DNA of 64,000 bases from Trichinella spiralis (Eukaryota): positions 1,716,571-1,780,570 of the forward strand of contig NW_003526940.1 in assembly GCF_000181795.1 (NCBI RefSeq). Reading direction: 5' to 3'. Made by a program: the position numbers and the translations under genes. Below the pieces are notes generated by a model, which was given only the letters and a program-made list of their open reading frames with translations, was not told where the DNA came from and ran no database searches. This document shows, piece after piece, positions 58,629 through 64,000 of this stretch (position 1 is its first letter; each line of letters opens with the position of its first letter).

Positions 58629-60568
58629 TTTTAATTTAAAGCAAACCGGAAGAAATGCTTTATACAAAAGGTAAGTGCTTGAAAGCAGCTTATTAAACTT
58701 CTGTTTTTCATGTTGAAAATATTTCTACTAAAGTAAATGTAAATTAATTTTATAAAACAGCCTATATTAAAACAACTTCACATAATCATCAGACATAATT
58801 ACTTCATAGCAGATGACAATTCATACATCTGTTCCAAATATTATTGTTAAAAGTTAGTTTCGATTACTGTAAAAACTAAAACCAGTCAAGATTAACATAT
58901 TTAAAATCAGTTGGTTTTAAACATATTCTATACGTTTTTATTAAAGAAAATCAAATATAATAAAAATTAAAACATATTAATACAATTCTCGTGCAATTTT
59001 TTAAAATAATACTTCTTTTTGTTTACAGAAAATAGGATAAACAACATAATTACGGTAGTACGAAAGTCAAGAACAATTGTTACAGTATACAAGTACATTT
59101 AAAAACAACAAGAATTTATGTAATTTTGGAAGTATAAATCAATATTTTAATTACTTATTTGATAAATTAATTTTTCTAAAGTAATATTTATATCTTTCAA
59201 TAAATTTAATAAGTATAAATAATGTTGAGCAATCAGCATGCTATGTACTTATCGATATACTTAAGTTATCTAAGTATTAAAAGATATTTATGGTTATATA
59301 TTAAAGCTAAGTATTTCAGTAGCTGATGTTGAATTACGATCCCTCTTCAATGTATTGATTAAAATATTTGAAGATTAAAAGCATAACATATAACTAACTC
59401 ATTTTTGAAATGTTCGCAGATCAGTATTTCATTTGAAATTTACAATTTTTGCAAATTGGGATTCTTTTCCGAAGAAAAACTATCACAAGCAAAGAAATAA
59501 AATAAATGAACTACTGGTGTCAGGAATCAGGAAAATCCACAGATTAATAATTGATAATATATATAAACGTTGAGAGAAGAAGCAACAAATATGCTATAGA
59601 TCTTTATTAAATAGAGAAATTGTTTCATTTTTGACACATTTGAAATTCTAACTTGCAAAATGTTAACGGCAAACTGTTCTATCATGCATGTCAAAGTTAT
59701 TCGTTAAACGTCGAGTACTGCTAATCAAGTGCACACCACGTCATTTTTGAACTCAAATTAATGCTTGCTTGCCACAACTAGATTCAATTTTCAAAATGTT
59801 CATTCACTGATTTTTTCTTTCCTTGATAAAATTACACCGACAAATTCTAGTCTTTCTTTCTAAGAAAATTTCAACCTATTTTTAAAATGATTGAACAGAA
59901 TTTACTACAAGTAATTTAAACTTCACAACTACATGATGATATATATTTTCTGACCAAATTAAGTTAGAAACATTATTTCGATGCATGAATAAATATCTCA
60001 AAACAATAAAAGAAAACAGTAAAATAACACCTATCACTACATCAGGCTTATAAAACATCAGATAAATTTTTCCCAGAACAAATACTCGCAAATGGACCAT
60101 ACCAATAAGGCATAAAAGAATAATTAAGCTAGAATCTAGAAGTTATCAATGCTTAATCTTTTGTAACAAGTTATTCTGCTTTTGACAGCAAGTTGACAGG
60201 TTGTGCCTCACCATGCTACATGTGAACTTACGTGGATTTGAAAATGAAAACAAAATTTCATATTCTCAGTAATACAATTTTATTTATAAGTTCTGACATG
60301 AATTACAATTTCATTTTCAAATGTACCACTGATATTTTCCAAAATGTCAATAACTGAAGTTGGATGACTTTCTAAACAAACATTATAAAAACATTTAAAC
60401 GTTTCATGCTTCAAGTTAAAAAACCTACCATTTTATTCAAGGCGCTTCCAGTCATTGTGTTGGAATATTTATTATTGTCTTTAAATTTCATTTATTTCAA
60501 TAAAACTGAAATTCACACGTTACTTACAGTTAATATACAATAGTTCGAGACAACCATAAAATTGAAAT

Positions 60569-61340
60569 CTATATTTTCGCCTTTTCCAAAGCGTCTTCAT
60601 ATTTTCGCACTATTCCCTCTAGTAATGATACCTCTTTCTGAACATCTTGGCGAGCTTTTTGAATATTCTCGAGAATTTCCTTTCGTTTTTGCTCATAATC
60701 ATGAGCATGATGTCCAATTTTCTTGGGACTTTCTTCGGCATCCATCAATCCACTGTACATATTGGCGCACGGATTACGGAAAACAATTTCATCGTATCGT
60801 TCATCAATCAATGGTTTTTTAATCGTATAATCGACACCTTTTTCAGAAAATAACTTAACAGTTTGATATATTGTAACCTGAAATTGGAAAAATGAAACAC
60901 ACATACATAACAATAACATTACATGGAATCCTTACTGGCCTTTCACAAGAATTTTTGAAATATATTTTAATCACCGCTTTGAACTCTCCCCATCCTGTTT
61001 CATTCACTTCATAAGGAGGCTCCGAACAAACTAAAAAAACTTTTAAGAAATAATACTATCTGCACAATTTACGTAGAATAGTAGTTTTACTCCTAGTAGG
61101 TTCAGCAAAACTGCTATGCAAAGTAAACGATATCTTTCGAATAAACAATTGCAGATTTTCTTCAAAATATGGTTTCACGTACAATTTCCAACCATGTGTA
61201 CGATCATTCACTAAATGACTTTTCGGGAGACTCCATGAAGCACAACCATAAACAATTGGTTTAACAATCTTGACGCCAGAAACTCTAGCGGTACCAGCTG
61301 TAGGAGTGCTCTTCTTCACTTTAGCAGGCGAACGAGACAT
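60569..61340 (-). CDS. YEATS4: YEATS domain protein GAS41/Yaf9 (GFL-1), 3 exons
   Basis: RVSGVKIVKPIVYG, THGWKLYVKPY, FTLHSSF, PPYEVNETGWGEF, YDEIVF and a C-terminal coiled coil. Confidence 0.92.
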
Positions 61341-61942
61341 CCTTACATTATCATACAAATTGAAATCAACTACAGTATATAAATCATTAAGTACAATCCT
61401 ACTATATGATACTGCGATTATTTATTTGTTTGACGCGCAAATTAGAATTTATTAAATTATTAATGTTAACTTTTAATTTATCATTATTATTTTTACATTT
61501 TATATTAAGTAAATTCTTAAATTAAAAAATTTTATGCTAATTTTATTTCATGCGTTTCTCACTTTATTTAGATTTTATTTTAACAAATAAAAAAGAGAGA
61601 AAGTTTCAAAACTGTAAAATCAATAGTTTAAATCGCGAATTCTTTATATCATTTTCAGTTGCAAGATTCGTACTTGACAATTATTGGTATACTATTGTGT
61701 GTTGGATTGTCTGTGATTAAAAATTAATTTTTAAATGTTCTTTTTTCATTTTCAAATCTAACGTATTGTTTTAAATTAAAATAGTGAATAGTTAATTTAA
61801 GTTAAATATATTCTTTTTGAAGGGAAGTGCTAGATCTATTTATGCTGAAATACGAGTCTTGTTTTAAATTGTAATGCATGCCTTGTATATGATTGTTTCA
61901 TACGAGTGTTACTTTTGAATATATTAAATATGCTTTAAGAGA

Positions 61943-63143
61943 ATGTTTTCCTGCAATTTATTTTATTCTGGTATTGGGCCAGCGAGCTGCTTTTTAATGC
62001 AGCGGGCAGGATATGCTACACTGAAAGACAGTAAGTTTCTATTTGAAAAAGAATATGCACTGGCATGTTATTATTCAAAAAAACCTTTCATTTTAGTATC
62101 AGTTCGTCTGAAATCTGTTAAAAATATTCAAAAAATTACCCAAAGTATGAAAATGGTAGCGGCAGCGAAGTATTCTCGTTCTGAAAGGGATCTTCGCCCT
62201 GCGAGACCATTCGGCGAAGGTTCTAAAGGTATGTATTTTATTTACCATTTTTGATTAATTTCTATTTTTGTTAATTTTATAAATTTCATTTAGAATTTTA
62301 TAAATTTCTCAGTTTAAACGAAGAAACACCAAAAAAGGCGAATCATCTGATGATTGTTTTAACGAGTGACCGTGGTTTGTGCGGCGCCGTTCATTCCAAC
62401 TTGGGCAAAATGGTTAAACAAGATATGCAAGACAAACCTGACAATGTAGATGTGAAAATTGTTTGCATTGGTGACAAGTCGAAGGCAATTTTAACTCGGT
62501 AAAGAATTTGTTTATTTATGCATACGAGGATTCATTTTTTTCCATAGTGTTTTTCCGGAAAACATACTGATGACCGTGAATGATATTGGGAAAAAGCCTC
62601 CGACGTTCGAAGATGCCCGCCAAATAGTGCAGGAAATTTTGAACTCTGGTTACACCTTTGACCAAGGGGACATTTATTACAATCGCTTCAAGTTTGTCTG
62701 AGAAAGTGTTGAAAATTTTCATATATTTAAATTTTATCTTCAGAACTGTCGTATCTTATCAGTCTACGAAGTCGCCAATCTTTAGTCGAGCAACGATCAT
62801 GGATTCTCAGAATTTTAATATTTACGATTCCGTTGACGAAAGCACATTTGAATCTTTTTTCGAATACAATTTGACTTCATTGCTTTTTTGCGCACTTAAA
62901 GAAAATGCATGTTCAGAGCAGAGTTCAAGAATGAGCGCCATGGATTCTGCCAGCAAGAATGCGAGTAAGAAATTCATCTTAGCATATAAATGAATTGGAT
63001 AATTGGAGTATTGCATTTTTCTGTCTGTCTTTCTTTTTTTAGGTGAAATGATTCGTGTTTTGAGCTTACAGTACAATCGCACTCGACAGGCGGTAATTAC
63101 CAGAGAGCTCATCGATATTGTGGTTGGTGCTTCGGCCTTGTAA
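61943..63143 (+). CDS. ATP5F1C: Mitochondrial ATP synthase F1 gamma subunit, multi-exon
   Basis: Presequence then [82 protein letters not shown] stop 63141-63143. Confidence 0.96.
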
Positions 63144-63716
63144 AAATTTAAGGAATATGATTCACAGATCCAACTCTGTTGCCTGCCAGTTTTCTAAAGC
63201 TATTATTTTATTTTGCTGTGCTTTTTTCTTATCTTTGGTATTCAGTAGTTCAGTTGATTTGAAAATGAAAAAGGAATATTTATAAAATTATAATTTTGAA
63301 ATAATTTATTTCATTTAAGTGCACTTTTCAAGGTGTTTTGTAATGGAGTAAAAGTGAAATGTGACAGAATATGAGGAAAATATCATATATGAAGTAAATA
63401 TTGTCAACAATTTTGATTCACAAGCTTTTGCTATTGCAATAGTGTTCAATGAACAAAAAGATGAATAATGTAAATTTCGAAATTTTACTTAAAAATGTTC
63501 ACGGTTTCATTTAAACAATTTCGTTGTGCTAAACGGTAAGGTACAATGTTTGTCGTTGTTTATGATCAGAAATAAAATGGAAACAGAATTGTTTCATAGC
63601 CAGTTCTGTGATTTGCATATTCAAATTATACATCACAAAATATGGAACAAATATACAATAAAATAATGGGGTATAAAAAAAGTAACAATACAATAATCTC
63701 CATTCTATATGTACAA

Positions 63717-64000
63717 TTATTGTTGGTTGTTCGAGTTAAAATTATAATTTTCAGGGAGTCGGAAAACGTTGGTGACATTTTCAGACTGACCGAGCGGTCT
63801 CAGAGCTACACTGGGCGAAATGGCGACTCTTCGCAAGTGACAACTGACCACTTCTCGAATTAAATTCAAATACGAGGCGTGGTTTTGATTTTCATAATGC
63901 TTTTTCAATTCAGGACGAAGCAAATATTTCGGCTTGAACATTTCACGATACTCGCAGGTCAGTGGAATGTGGTTGGGCACGTCTTTGCGAACCAAAAGGG
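63717..64000 (-). CDS. HDAC3: 3' end (last exon, partial) of a class I histone deacetylase, HDAC3-like
   Basis: LLVRKDVPNHIP..EYREMFKPKYLLRPE..YENQNHASYLNLIRE..LRRVAISPSV aligns by eye to the class I HDAC C-terminal segment (HDAC3 as recalled: LLV..ELP..YFEYFAPDFTLHP..IENQNSRQYLDQIRQ..LKMLNHAPSV). The gene continues beyond the window. Confidence 0.7.
   Translation of the reverse strand, partial: LLVRKDVPNHIPLTCEYREMFKPKYLLRPELKKHYENQNHASYLNLIREVVSCHLRRVAISPSVALRPLGQSENVTNVFRLPENYNFNSNNQQ

Overview
This is eukaryotic, AT-rich, gene-dense DNA with many short GT-AG introns (mostly 55-110 nt). The style and gene content suggest a nematode, probably a clade I Trichinella-like species (inference, not verified). 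I assembled 14 protein-coding genes by hand across exons: DDX5/17 (p68), DYRK1, ALG6, ATAD5/ELG1-like, a small PDZ protein, ENPP4/5-like, a NIDO-EGF-NIDO-TM (DEX-1-like) matrix protein, UBE2K, ZNRF3/RNF43/PLR-1-like E3, intronless LSM5, AGAP (centaurin-gamma), YEATS4, ATP synthase gamma, and the 3' end of an HDAC3-like gene. An internally deleted pogo/Tigger DNA transposon lies in UBE2K intron 1. The most interesting element is the 1140-nt DDX5 intron (3966-5105) at the ancient p68/Dbp2 autoregulatory position. It holds a candidate stop-containing (poison) exon whose 3' splice site sits in the base of a ~200-nt nested stem-loop, plus three more structured domains, consistent with a helicase-sensing feedback switch. 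Also notable are TCF+Helper motif clusters in GC islands at the ZNRF3-like gene and phased TGACCC repeats upstream of the DEX-1-like gene. All exon structures and RNA pairings were derived by eye and need computational or experimental confirmation.
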